In this document: one piece after another, positions 52,101-62,220 of the stretch
Layout: every line of letters begins with the position of its first letter
Numbering within the stretch: position 1 is the stretch's first letter
From: Chiloscyllium plagiosum
Lineage: Eukaryota
Reading direction: 5' to 3'
NCBI RefSeq assembly: GCF_004010195.1
Contig: NC_057720.1
Span: forward strand, 13,049,722-13,113,721
Length of the DNA stretch: 64,000 nucleotides
The notes under the pieces: generated by a model
Databases searched by the model: none
What the model was told of the DNA's origin: nothing
What the model saw: only the letters and a program-made list of their open reading frames with translations
Position numbers and translations under genes: made by a program

Positions 52101-55100
52101 CCAACAGCTACAATGATTAGAAAATGGCTGAACTATAAAATGATTTTGAGACACTTTATGGAAAAATTCAAAATAAAAATGTTCCCAAGCAATGACAGTT
52201 GGCAGCTGCGTGATATAATGGCTGGGACAGGAGTTCCTGATGTTATATTTCTCATTGACATAACTTATTACTAAAAGGCCTCAAAAGGATTAAGTCACAC
52301 CAACAACAGGATTTTACAATTAGGATACTGAAGTAATTATTTATAGAAATCACATGAAGCTTTATTAGCTGTTTATTGTCCACAAAGCAATTTGGGAGGC
52401 TTTAAAGTCTAAAACTTGTTCCAAAAATGCAATCTTTAAAATTTTGCTTGGGTAAATCTCAAATGGTAGCTGCAGACCAGGTGATAGCCAATTTAGATGA
52501 CAGCACAGGACAGTATTTAAAAGTCAGAATTCTGACAGTCCCATGCTTATACAAGCCCACAGGTTTCAGAAAAATTGAAGTAGTAAGAGATTGAAATTGA
52601 AACTATATTTAAATAGGGTTAAGTCACTAACCTTACTGTGCATTGGCACAAGTTCAACTCATTTCCAGTTCCTTCCTCATTTGAAAAACTACCCTGCACA
52701 TCCTTTATTCAATTATAGAGTCATAGAGAGGTACAGCATGAAAACAGTCCCTTCGGTCCAACCCGTCCATGCCGACCAGATATCCCAATGTCATGGGAAT
52801 AGAAGCTAAATGTTCAGTACTCTCTTGAAATGGAAATTTCCTCAATATTAAAAGATGTAATTACTGCCAATATAATTCAGTTAATTCCAAATTAAGCTTT
52901 GGAGAAAACAACATGCAGATTGAGATAGAATACTTAGCATCAACTGCTGGGGCAAACGTCCAAACTTATTGTATCTACCTCAATATCCCTTTCCACCTTG
53001 TACTTGCCCATTTGCTTCATTTTATTTTAAAGAAATGATTCCTTTACCCCAATATTCTCTGAAGACACTTCAGTTCTATTGCCACCAGCACAAAACTAAC
53101 AGATTTTGTTTGAGTGATTTCAGAAATTCATGCCAAATGTCTCAGTTTAATCAAAACTGAAGAGCATTTACCTCACACACTCCATTCACATGTGCAAATG
53201 TTCTAAATGATTTAGTGGACAGTTACCAAGCTATCTTGGAATATCCAAAGATGTTTGGCTGTGTCTCGTATATTTCGTTGCCAGTGATGCTAAGAGTTGA
53301 AAGTAGAAGACTGTGGCTCATTAGCACTGGCCAAGAACTGAGGTTCAGATGCTGTGGTTTATATTTTTTTTTCTGAACCCCTCCACGGCCCACTGCCTGG
53401 ACCTGGTTATGGCCAGTTTGGCCAGGCCATCCTTGTTTATCTTTTTTTTAATTTAACCCCACACTACCACCTAAGTGCGGTAGTGCTTATTTTTTCCCCA
53501 GCACCCATGGTGTGTGTGTGCAGGTGTGAGACACAGTGAAAGACACAAAGTGCACCAATCTTTATTCAAATTCCACCACCAGGAAGATAGGAAAACACCC
53601 GGGTGGCCAGTGACAAACACTGCCCTTCACATCAAAGGGCAGTGATGTGTGATCAAAACAGTGAAGGGGTGGGTGGGGACTAAATCAAAATAGAGTTGGA
53701 GGGAGAAATGATGCACTCCACTCCCTGTGGCGCCCACCTCTCCCTGAACAACTCCAGGGTGTTGGTCGACGCCGCGTGCTCCTTCTCCAAGGACACCCGG
53801 GCTCTAACGTAACCGCGGAAGAGGGGCAGGCAGTCGGCCCTAACGACCCCCTCCACGGCCCGCTGCCTGGACCTGTTAATGGCCAGTTTGGCCAGGCCCA
53901 GGAGCAGACCCACGAGGAGGTCTTCAGACTTGCCCTCCTTCCTCCGTACCGGGTGCCCAAAGATCAGGAGCGTGGGACTGAAGTGCAACCAAAAGCAGAG
54001 GAGGAGGTTTTTCAGGAAATCAAAAAGGGAGTGCAAACACCCACACCCAATATATGCTGTGGTTTATATGCTGTTGGTGCAAAGTGGTCCTGTCAACAAA
54101 CAATAAAACCAATTAGGATTCCCTGAAAGTGCTTTAGAAAATGCTTACACCAACACATCCAGTGTACACTTGAAACATGGCACTGGAGTAAAGCAGCTTC
54201 AAATCTGTACCAGTATGAAACTTGTGGACCATTAATGCAATCAAACTTAGTCCTTGAACTAACATACAACTGGAGGACAGTCTTCTTAAAAGGCATTCAA
54301 TCACATTTATCATTCCCTGCACAACCCGGCAGGCAATTAGTTCTTAAATAATCAATGATAACAGAAGTTTACCATGCCCTCAGGATATCTCAAAGAGCTG
54401 CTTAAACATTCACATTTATATCGCACCTTTAAGATATTAAATTGTCCCATGAGAGTATTTGTTAAACAGCAAGTTAATTACTTGTGAAATTACTTGTGAA
54501 CTGGTTAACAAACACATCGATTTGTATACCATGTATCATCCTGAGAAAAAGAACAGGAAATGGCATCAACACAGGAAATGACATCACCAGCCCAAGGAAA
54601 CAAACACAAATAGAAAGTGAGCCATAACACAAGTGCTTCACTGGAGGCTCACTGATGGAATTACCTACTATGGTGACAAAACGTCTGAAAATGAACCTTC
54701 CAGCTCAGCAAGCAAACTTACACCCAGCAGAGAAATTATTTGGGTTGATTGAAGAATCTCAGTCAATCCACATTTCGAATAAATGAACACTTCTGGCTTA
54801 TTAATTATCAAAAAGATGGGGCAATGGAGAAGATGAATACCAGAACTGGGAGAACATACTTAGCAGGAAAGATCAAACAGAATGAGATTCTTCTCTCTGG
54901 AAAGGTCTATGATAATCTTAAAAGGATTTGAAGCATTAAACCATGACAATGTGCTTCATTCAGCAGGAGAGTCCAGAACTAGGGATCCTAGGTACAATAT
55001 GGTCACCAATAAATTTAACTGGAATTTAGCAGAAACTGGTTTTCAAAATAGAAAACGATTAGAATGTGGAACTTAATGCAACATTGAGGTAAAGAGAATT

Positions 55101-58100
55101 TTCTACATTTGGTTACATAACATGGATGTTGTTGGCTAGGCCAACCTACCTTTCCCCTAGGAAACTGGCAGTGAACTATCTCTTGAACTGCTACAGTAAA
55201 AGGGAGAAGGGGTTAGGTTTCCCCAATGTGCAGTTCCAGAATTCCAACCCACTGAGAACGAAAAATGGTGCTACAGTTCCATGTCAGGACAGTAGGTGGC
55301 TTGGAAAGGAACTTGCAGGGAGCAGTACTCTCAGGCAATTCTTTTGTCCCACTGAATGGCAGAGGTCACAGGTTTGGAAAATATTGCCAAAGGAATCGTG
55401 GAGGATCAGGGCAGTGCATCTTGTTGATGGTACTCACTCCTGTCTCACCTCCAAGGTGGTGGAGGCTGTAAATATTGAAGATGGGGTGTGCGAGTGGAAA
55501 GTTTTGTCACAAAATTATTGCAGCGCAGGAAGTGGCCATTTGGATCATTGTGTCCATTCCAGCCCATCAACTGGGCATCTCTCCTTGTTCCAATCCCTTG
55601 CTTTCTCCCCATAACATTTGATCCCCTTGCCTATCAAGAACCTAGCTATCTCAGTCTTAAATACGCTCAATAATTTGGCCTCCTCAGCCTTCTGCAGCAA
55701 TGAGTTCTAGAGACATCACCCTCTGGCTGAAGAAACTTCTCATCTCAGTTTTAAAAGGCTGTGCCTTCACCCCAGGCTGTGGCCCCAGATCCTAGTTTCT
55801 CCTAATGGTGGAAACATCTGCCCTACGACCACACAATCCAAACCTCCCAGTATTCTGAAAGTTTCAATCCCCCTGCGATCCTTCTAAACTCAATCAAGTG
55901 CAGACCCAGAGTTCTCAACTGCTCATTTGACAAGCTCCTTATCCCGAGGATCAGTATTGGAAACCTTCTCTGGACCTCCTCCAATGACAGCTTCCCTTTC
56001 CTTGGATTAGGCACCCAAAACCAGTCACTATTCCAGTGACCAGAGCTTTACATAACCTGAATAGTACACCTTTGCTCCTCTATTGAGCAGTCTTGAAATG
56101 AATGCTAACATTACATTTGCCTTCTTAACTGCCAACTGAACCTTATGAGAATCCTGAGCCATGACTCCAAAGTCCCTTTGAACTTGAGATTTCGGAAGCA
56201 TTTCCTTGGTCAGAAAATAGTCCATGGTTTCTATTCTTCCTACCAAAGTGCATAACCTCACATTTTCCTGCAATTGGCAAAGAAATGGCAGATGAATACA
56301 ATCTTGTAGCCTGTCCAAGTCTTTCTGCATCCTCCCTGCTTCCTCAACACTATCTGTCCCTCCATTTGTCTTTGTGTCAGCTGCACAGGGAGGCAATAAC
56401 CTCATGATATTATCATTCGAGTGTTAATCCAGAGACCCAAGCATTGGTCCACAGTAATATTCTACAACAGATGGTGGAATTTGAATTCAATGAAGAATTA
56501 AGGGTCTAATGATGATCATCAAACAATTATCCCTTGGCCAGAAAAACCCATCTGGGTCACTGAGGTTTTTTGGGACAGCAACTGCCATTCTTACCTGGTC
56601 TGGCCTACTCATGACTCCAAACCCACAGCAATGTTGTTGACTCTTAACTGCCCTCTGGGTAATTAGCAATGGGGAATAAACACTGCCAAGCCAGTGATGC
56701 CCACATTCCATAAGTGAATAAGAAAAATGCTCAGTTCCTTTCTCCAGATCATGGAGTGTATAATGTGAACAGTTGTGGTCCCAAACTGATCCCTGCAGAA
56801 CTCCACTAGTCACGGCTGCCGTCCTCAAAAAGACCCATTTACTCACATCTTCTGCCTGCCAGTCAGATAATCCTCTATCTATGCCAGTCACTTGCCCCCA
56901 ACACCATGGATTCTGATCTTATTTAGCAGCCTTCTGTGCAGCACCTGGTCAAAGGCTTTCTGGAATTCCAAATAGATCACAGCCACTGTCTCTCCTTTGT
57001 CTAACTTGCTTGTTACCTTCTCGAAGAATTTCAACAGATTTGTCAGGCATGATTTCTCCTTGATGAAGCCATGCTGATGTCGCCCTGTTTGACAATGTAC
57101 TTTCAAGTACTCCACAATCTCAACGTTAATAATGGACTAAAACTTTTACCAATGACTAAGCTCAGGCTAAGTAGTCTATAATTACCTGCTTTCTGCCTCC
57201 CTCGTTTCTGAAAGAGGAGTTTCTGAAGAGTCAAAAAGTATGGTGCTGGAAAAACACAGCCAGCCAGGCAGTATCCAAGGAGCAAGAAAGTTGATGTTTA
57301 ACCCATAAGCTCTTCATCAGAAATGTGGGGCGGGGGGGCCCAGGGGGACAGAGCTAAATGGGAGGGGGAGGAGGAGCTAGGAATGAGATAGGTAGATGAA
57401 GCTGGGGGGGGGTGATGGTGACAGGTCAGAGTGCAGGGTGGAGCACATAGTGGGAAGGAAAATGGACAGGTAGGACTGTTCAAGAGGGTGGTGCGGAGGT
57501 GGAGGGTTGGATCTGGGATAAGGTGCAGGAAGGGGAGATGAGGAAATTGGTGAAATCCACAGCGATCCCAAGTGGTTGGAGAAGCCCAAGGCAGAAGATG
57601 AGTTGTTCTTCCTCCAGGCATCGGGCGAAGAGAGCTTATGCTCGAAATGTTGACTCTCCTGCTCCGCAGATGCTACCTGACCAGCTGCGCTTTTCCAGTG
57701 CCACATTTTTTGACTCTGATCTCAAACATCTGTGGTCTTCACTTTCTCCAAGGGGTTTATGAAGAAGGAATGCCACCTTCAACAAACTATGTACACATCT
57801 AGTTTCTCAACTCCTGAACCCCCTCACAGTTGAAGTGGATGTCTCTCTTTCAGTTACTGAAGTTTTGGACTGGATTGAAAAGACTTACTCCGAATATTTT
57901 CTTTATTTTTTCTAATTTATTCTTATGATCTATAATATTGGTTTTTTAAATTTCTTCACTTTTCTAATTGTTTTTCCAGAGTCAAGAGTGTGGTGAGCCG
58001 GTCAGGCAGCATCCGAGAAGCAGGAGAGTCAACGTTTCGAGCATAAGCTCTTCAGCAGGAATGAGGCTTATGGGTCAGGATGAGAGATAAATGGGAGGGG

Positions 58101-61100
58101 GTGACGTAGCCAGGAACACAATAGCAGGATAAAGGCGAGGGAGAAGGTGATAGGTCAGAGGGGGTAGCAATGGACAGGTCCAGAGGGTGGTGCCGAGTTG
58201 GAGGCTCAGGACTGGAATAACATGGGGGTAGGGGACAAATGAAGAAGCTGTTGAAATTACATTTATCCCATGTGGTTGCAGGGGCCCAAGGCGGAATATG
58301 ACACGTTCCTTCTTCAGGCGTCGTGTGGTAACTCTGTCAAGGAAAAACACTTCAACTCTGTTTCCCCCCCCTCCACAACTCCATCAAGGAAAATAACTAC
58401 AGAAATAAGCCCACCGACTCCGACAGCTACCTGGATTATACCTCCTCCCACCCTACTCCTTATTCCCAATTCCTCCATCTCATCTGTTCCCAGGATGACC
58501 AATTTCACCTCAAAGTCCCAGATGGCCTCCTCCTTCCATATCGCAACTTCCCTTCCCACATGGTTGATGATGTCCTCCAGTGCATCTCCTCCACTTCAAG
58601 CACCACCGCGCTTTAACCACACCTCTCCCAACGCAACAAGGACAGAAACCCCCCCCTGCCCCTCCCAGTCATCACTTTCCACCCGACCAACCTCTGCATC
58701 ATCCTCCGCCACTTCTACCACCTTCAAATGGACCCCACCACCAGAGATACATTTCCCTCCCCATCTCTATCAGAGTTCTGAAAGGACTATTCCCTCCCCG
58801 ACTCCCTCATCAGGTCCACACCCCCCACCAGCCCACACCCCACTCCTGGCACCTTTTGCTGCCTTTGCAAGAAGTACAAAACCTGCACCGACATCACTAC
58901 CCTCACCTCCGTCCAAGGCCCCAATGGATCCTTCCACATCCATCAGAAATTCACCTGCACCTCTCCTAATGTCATCTACTACATCCATTGCACCGGTGTG
59001 GTCTCTTCTACATTAGGGAGACAGGGCGCCTTCTTGAGGATTGTTTCAGAGAACATCTCTGGGACACTGCACCCAATAACCCCACCACCCAGTGGCTGAA
59101 CACTTCAACTCCCCCTCAGTCAAGAAAAATCTGCAGTCCTCACTTTTTCCTAATTGTTTTTCACCCAAGAATTTGTTCTTAAATTTTGGCTCTAAATACC
59201 TTTGTACACAAGATGTCACTCTAACGGAAGCTTTTCCCTGTACGTCTTTGAGTACATGACAAAAAAGCTAATTCAATTCAATCCTTTAAATTTGCATTGT
59301 CTCTCAATTTCCTTCCTACCAAAGTGTAATTTCACTTCTTTGTACTGAACTGCATGTGTTACCTACCCAATCACTGCACAAATCTACCCACACTATATGA
59401 TATAGACATCTACATTATTCCCCTCACAGTTTACAAAGGCTAAGTTTCTTTTTTGGAAGAGCAAGGGCTTCAGCACTGATCCTTTGCAGAACTTAACCAA
59501 AAACCAGAAAAATACATTAACTAATTATCCTGTTTATGGTCCATCAGCTAATCTTGTATTCATGTTGTCCTAGTACCTATTATTGCATGAGCTCTAAATT
59601 TACTTGTAGAATTGCCATACAGTAGTTCTGGAAATCTATGTAAAGTTAAAGTCAAAATCTTAACAGGCCACGTGGCTGATCTCTCATCACAGATGATTGA
59701 TGGTGGTTTAACCTGAGATGTCACCACATATCAGGCAAGGGGAAGAGGGGTTGAGAATGTGAGAAACAAAGCTCACTATTCAATAATTTCAGTCCGAGTC
59801 AAATTCTGAAGCAGTCTTTATTCATTCGGTTAGTTATTTCTTGGTATACACCCTCGTGGTCTCCTCTACATTGGGGAGACAGGGCGCCTACTTGCGGAAC
59901 GTTTCAGGGAACACCTCTGGGACACCTGCACCAACCAACCCAACAGCCCCGTTAACACTTTAACACTTTAACTCCCCCTCTGCCAAGGACATGCAGGTCC
60001 TTGGCCTCCTCCATCGCCAGACCCTAGCCACACGACATCTGGAGGAAGAGCGCCTCATCTTCCGCCTAGGAACCCTCCAACCACACAGGATCCGAAACGT
60101 CGATTCTCCTGTTCCTTGGATGCTGCCTGGCCTGCTGTGTTTTTCCAGCACCACACTTTTCAACTCAGGTCTCCAGCAGCTGCAATCCTCACTTTCTCCT
60201 ACTTTACCCTCATGATTCCACCTTGCGATTTCTGCAGAAGATACAGCTACTTGTTTGTGCAAGCATATCTAGCCTAACATACACCCCTCCATGATTCAGC
60301 CTTGTGATTTTTGCAGAAACAACATTTGCAAGCACCACTCACAAGAAGGACAGAAATCAAACCATTTTGTCAACAGTGCTCCAGCAGTCCAGCCAACTGA
60401 GCCAACCAACACCCTCAATTTTACACCTTTTTTCAATTGCACACGGAAAATTCCTGTAAAGGGGCAAAGTTGTTTTCATACTCACTACATTCAGTGTTAA
60501 ATACAAGTATTAATTACTATCATCTCCAAATGTAACATGCTGTCAAGACAATTAAACTGATGATATTTTCACTTCTCACGTTCACAAATTTAAAGCTTTC
60601 AAAACTCAACATCAACACAATCATTACAGCTTGGATTGATTTTTCTGCTTTACTGACCTGGTGCAGCGTATCCTGGCACTTCACGGAGCAACTCAACAAA
60701 ACAGCCAAAAATGTAACTCAGTCACTTTGGAAACTATAGGAACACTTCGGGGCCGGTCAAAAAACCTTTTAAACTGGAATTGCATACCTTCAACGAGCGT
60801 CTGAAATAAATCCATTATTTTACGGGAGGAAGTGGAACATTAGAACCGACCAGTTATTCTTCCATTAACTGGTTTCAGCCCACGTCACCCAACAATAACC
60901 GGTTGGAACACATCCTGCAGTTCAGGCCCAGCTCAATACAACATCGAGAAACAATGCCCAAAAGCCGATTAACCTTCATTCTATAAATGAATACATTCGC
61001 AACGAAAGAAGAAACAAAGGCAGAACCCATAAATATAAAAGCATTCAATAATTACCGCATTTAATAAAGGGAACAGCCAGAATAAGTAAACCTCAGCAGC

Positions 61101-61103
61101 CAT
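19486..61103 (-). CDS. SELENOF: Selenoprotein F (Sep15), complete 5-exon CDS: join(61103-61056, 50568-50401, 33403-33340, 27211-27162, 19617-19486); 153 aa, Sec at residue 84
   Basis: Spliced translation MAAEVYLFWLFPLLNAIYMCGAELSSEACRELGFSSNLLCSSCDLLGQFSLNQLDPNCRRCCQEEAQLETKKLYAGAVLEVCGUKLGRFPQVQAFVRSDKPKMFKGLQIKYVRGSDPVLKLLDDKGNVAEELSILKWNTDSVEEFLGEKLERL. All introns are GT-AG; exon sizes 48+168+64+50+132 = 462 nt keep the frame. Confidence 0.97.
20290..20605 (+). mobile_element. Rex1/Babar-like LINE 3' end
   Basis: LNTCTNKFKSSFFLVIIRLLN followed by a 3' UTR ending in an A-rich tail. Confidence 0.6.
21150..21580 (+). mobile_element. CR1 LINE 3' end
   Basis: MRGMDRVNRQRLFP..TRGHSFKI..FTQRVVNAWNALP; tail ttctatgttctatg. 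Confidence 0.85.
22298..22344. other. Assembly gap (47 N)
   Basis: Run of N. Confidence 1.
23327..23366 (-). ncRNA. Minimal type I hammerhead ribozyme motif in PLE pseudo-LTR (intact core)
   Basis: GCA-CUGAGGA-U-GUCACC-UAGACA-GGGGGC-GAAAC-GUC-UGC: stem I GCA/UGC, CUGANGA and GAAA core, palindromic ACGU stem III, GUC cleavage triplet. Confidence 0.75.
27162..27211 (-). CDS. SELENOF: SELENOF exon 4
   Basis: ctctccag|CTTTTGTC...ATCAAG|gtaacc encodes (A)FVRSDKPKMFKGLQIK; 50 nt. Confidence 0.96.
28460..28690 (+). mobile_element. Short CR1 3' fragment
   Basis: ctgggactattttcctggagcatcgg...aggggtgaccttatagaagtt, and tail tctgtttccatgttg...ctctatgactct. Confidence 0.7.
28765..28804 (-). ncRNA. Minimal type I hammerhead ribozyme motif
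   Basis: GCA-CUGAUGA-U-GUCGCC-UAGCCA-GGGGAC-GAAAC-GUU-UGC. Confidence 0.7.
29164..29203 (+). ncRNA. Minimal type I hammerhead ribozyme motif
   Basis: gca-ctgatga-t-gtcgcc-tagcca-ggggac-gaaac-gtt-tgc. Confidence 0.7.
33340..33403 (-). CDS. SELENOF: SELENOF exon 3 containing the UGA selenocysteine codon (33368-33370)
   Basis: cccatcag|CTTTAT...TGT GGA TGA AAA...CAG G|gtaagt encodes LYAGAVLEVCGUKLGRFPQVQ with the CxU redox motif; 64 nt. Confidence 0.97.
33871..33926. repeat. 21-bp tandem duplication (about 2.6 copies)
   Basis: ttacacaatgaataagtggct repeated. Confidence 0.8.
35272..35365 (-). mobile_element. 94-bp Penelope-like terminal fragment with hammerhead core
   Basis: Direct repeat ttattatggatgtct at 35257-35271 and 35366-35380; minus CUGAAGA-AGGGC-CUGU-GCCC-GAAAC-GUC at 35334-35361. 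Confidence 0.8.
36182..36378. mobile_element. Penelope-like fold-back mini-insertion with back-to-back hammerhead motifs
   Basis: 73-bp arms 36182-36254 / 36256-36328; direct repeat ctacttaaactacaaaa at 36169-36185 and 36379-36395; plus-strand attc-CTGAAGA-AGGGC-TTAT-GCCC-GAAAC-GTC-gatt at 36254-36289. Confidence 0.85.
37530..37900 (-). mobile_element. CR1 LINE 3' end
   Basis: Reverse complement of the CR1 RT C-terminus and UTR (acttcctctggcagttcattcc; tatgcccctcattattttataagcctcgataaggtcacct). Confidence 0.75.
38016..38228. mobile_element. Possible Tc1/mariner (Tigger-like) MITE remnant
   Basis: Degenerate terminal inverted repeats (caggttgtcctgctacaatg / cattatagcagaagtgagtg), followed by TA on the right. 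Confidence 0.4.
40680..41790 (+). mobile_element. Old CR1 3' portion with nested Rex1/Babar fragment (about 41130-41430, minus)
   Basis: Degenerate CR1 RT nucleotide motifs (gaatgttggccttt, ggagtataaaagtagggagg, ttcaaggctgagatagacagattttt). Confidence 0.6.
43915..44390 (-). mobile_element. CR1 fragment
   Basis: FTRMILG..ERLDKLGLYSLEYGKFRSDLIEVFRLL. Confidence 0.7.
44670..44950 (-). mobile_element. CR1 LINE 3' end
   Basis: HVWNVLPEEVVEAGTITTFKRH..GYGPNA. Confidence 0.75.
46124..46159. repeat. (CA)18 microsatellite
   Basis: Perfect CA dinucleotide run. Confidence 0.95.
48060..49160 (-). mobile_element. CR1 LINE, 5'-truncated RT and 3' UTR
   Basis: WIQNWLADRRQRVVVDG..SGVPQG..SKFADDTK, LYKSLVRPHLEYCVQFWSP, RFFTQTVVNAWNALP. 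Confidence 0.9.
49741..50264 (+). mobile_element. Possible solo LTR (Gypsy-like)
   Basis: TGTT...AACA termini, internal AATAAA near 50131, near-matching 4-bp flanks ctgc/ttgc. Confidence 0.4.
50401..50568 (-). CDS. SELENOF: SELENOF exon 2 (Cys-rich domain)
   Basis: tttgcag|ATATAT...AAAAAG|gtattg encodes IYMCGAELSSEACRELGFSSNLLCSSCDLLGQFSLNQLDPNCRRCCQEEAQLETKK; 168 nt. Confidence 0.97.
53434..54036 (-). mobile_element. Tx1/L1-clade LINE 3' end
   Basis: GC-rich intact ORF end LLIFGHPVRR..LLVGLLLGLAKLAINRSRQ..FRERW, followed by a 3' UTR with AATAAA and an A-rich end. Confidence 0.6.
54490..54725 (+). mobile_element. Diverged Penelope-like pseudo-LTR with degenerate hammerhead
   Basis: aacaaacacatcgattt similar to the 29030 region; tca-CTGATGG-..ttacc-tactat-ggtgac-AAAAC-GTC-tga at 54649-54688. 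Confidence 0.6.
55500..57200 (-). mobile_element. CR1 LINE RT and 3' end with nested fragment
   Basis: QHGFIKEKSCLTNLLKFFE..IYLEFQKAFDQV, VTSGVLQGSV, MQKDLDRL, LEEVQRRF. Confidence 0.8.
57230..57750. mobile_element. Penelope-like (Neptune-like) 3' end with inverted terminal segment
   Basis: Inverted termini (gagtcaaaaagtatggtgctggaaaa / ttttccagtgccacattttttgactc); degenerate direct repeat aggagtttctgaaga / aggggtttatgaaga; degenerate hammerhead on minus near 57290-57322. Confidence 0.65.
57977..59147. mobile_element. Penelope-like element (Neptune-like), inverted 3' part plus RT-linker-GIY-YIG fragment
   Basis: Plus strand: Cys-rich linker (CKKYKTC..KFTCTSPNVIYYIHC) then CGLFYIRETGRLLEDCFREHL. 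Minus strand: RRLKKERVIFRLGPLQPHGINV and the terminal repeat. Direct repeat ctaattgtttttc on both flanks. Confidence 0.75.
59850..60200 (+). mobile_element. Penelope-like GIY-YIG endonuclease 3' fragment
   Basis: GLLYIGETGRLLAERFREHL..MQVLGLLH..RHLEEERLIFRLGTLQPH joined to the terminal repeat ccgaaacgtcgattctcc. Confidence 0.8.
61056..61103 (-). CDS. SELENOF: SELENOF exon 1 (start codon, signal peptide)
   Basis: caagATGGCT (strong Kozak) encodes MAAEVYLFWLFPLLNA|gtaatt, similar to the fish Sep15 N-terminus; the phase matches exon 2. Confidence 0.92.
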
Positions 61104-62000
61104 CTTGAATCACCCAAAGACCCCTCCTGCCTCACCACAGGAAATTATAAAGTTCACCCCATCTGAAAATGATCACGCCGCACATTATATTTTTTTTAAC
61201 AAAGCACTTATTTTCCGGACTCATCACCAATAGAATTTTTTGTCACGTTAAAGGCGTACTCAACATCACCTTCAAACAGGCAATTGACATTGACGGCTAA
61301 AATTTGACGGTTGGGGGTGGGGTGAAATGTGATTGATGTTGCAATACCCCAACTAGCTTAGCGAATGGCGGAAAGATTGGATGGAATGCAAGTCTTTGGG
61401 GGGCTGTCGGAGGGTTGGCGGGTACGTGTGATTGATTTGAGAATAGGCCAATCGGCTTTGAAAATAGTCCGGGTGGTGCGGTGGAGCGTGATTGATGTAC
61501 ACTATGACCAATCGTCTTTGGAAACAGTCCGGTCGGGCGTGCGGTCTGTGATTGACGTGTAATTGGACTAATTGACATCGGAGCTGTTCGACGTGTCGAT
61601 GTGAAGTGTGACCAATCGAGTTGGGCCTCATCAACGGCAGGGAATGATTGACGTGAATGGAGACCAATAGACGTGCAGAGGCTGGGGCGGTGCCCGTTTG
61701 ACGTGCGGAGGAACAACCAATCGCCTTGGAGAAACCTGGAGTGTCCACCGCCCTCTTGTGCGTGGGGAGGCGGGCAGTTGGCGCGCGGCTGCTGAGGGAG
61801 GGAGTGCGCGTGTGCACGTTCTCGCTCCAGCGTGCACGCGGCGTGGCGGTTGGAGTGGGCGGCGGGAGTTGTGGGGGAGGGGAGACGCTGTGTTGAGGGG
61901 GTGGTGGGGGATGGGCAGGACCAAGGAGGGAAGGCACCGAGAAGTGCACCGATGCCGATAGCTTCGAGAGGCCGTGACTGGAAGCGCTTTCCCTCGTGTT
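61104..62000. promoter_or_regulatory. CpG-rich bidirectional promoter of SELENOF and HS2ST1
   Basis: CpG-rich segment between divergent start codons; CCAAT boxes at 61448, 61508, 61612, 61664 and 61717; TGACGTG motifs; GC box GGGGCGG at 61684-61690. Confidence 0.8.
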
Positions 62001-62220
62001 TGCCCCCTGTCCCCGCCACTCCATTGACGATGTCCGTCAAATCAGTGGGCAAAACCCTACAACCTTCTCATCTCTGATTATTTTTCGGCGAAAAAAAATT
62101 GAATTTCTTTCTCCCTCCCCCTTCAGTGTGTGATTTTCGTTTTAACTCCTCGGTTCCTTTCTTTGATTTTCTTGCCCCCACCAACCCCTTTCCCCTCCTG
62201 CGTTATGTCTTGATAATTTC

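Noticed and set aside
58270..59016. 248-aa Ser/Thr/Pro-rich ORF resembling a mucin
   Set aside because: Off-frame reading of a C-rich Penelope-like element; the alternative frame carries the linker and GIY-YIG motifs.
60520..60708. Minus ORF MAVLLSCSVK... as candidate SELENOF first exon
   Set aside because: It starts at TTG and has no similarity to Sep15; the exon at 61056-61103 has ATG, Kozak context, homology and the correct phase.
61429..61572. 60-bp periodic repeat as a CRISPR-like array
   Set aside because: Eukaryotic promoter context, degenerate units, no cas genes; better explained by transcription-factor motifs.
61297..62077. Long overlapping ORFs (251 aa, 223 aa) between the two genes
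   Set aside because: GC-rich promoter sequence with few stops; low-complexity translations with no recognisable domain.
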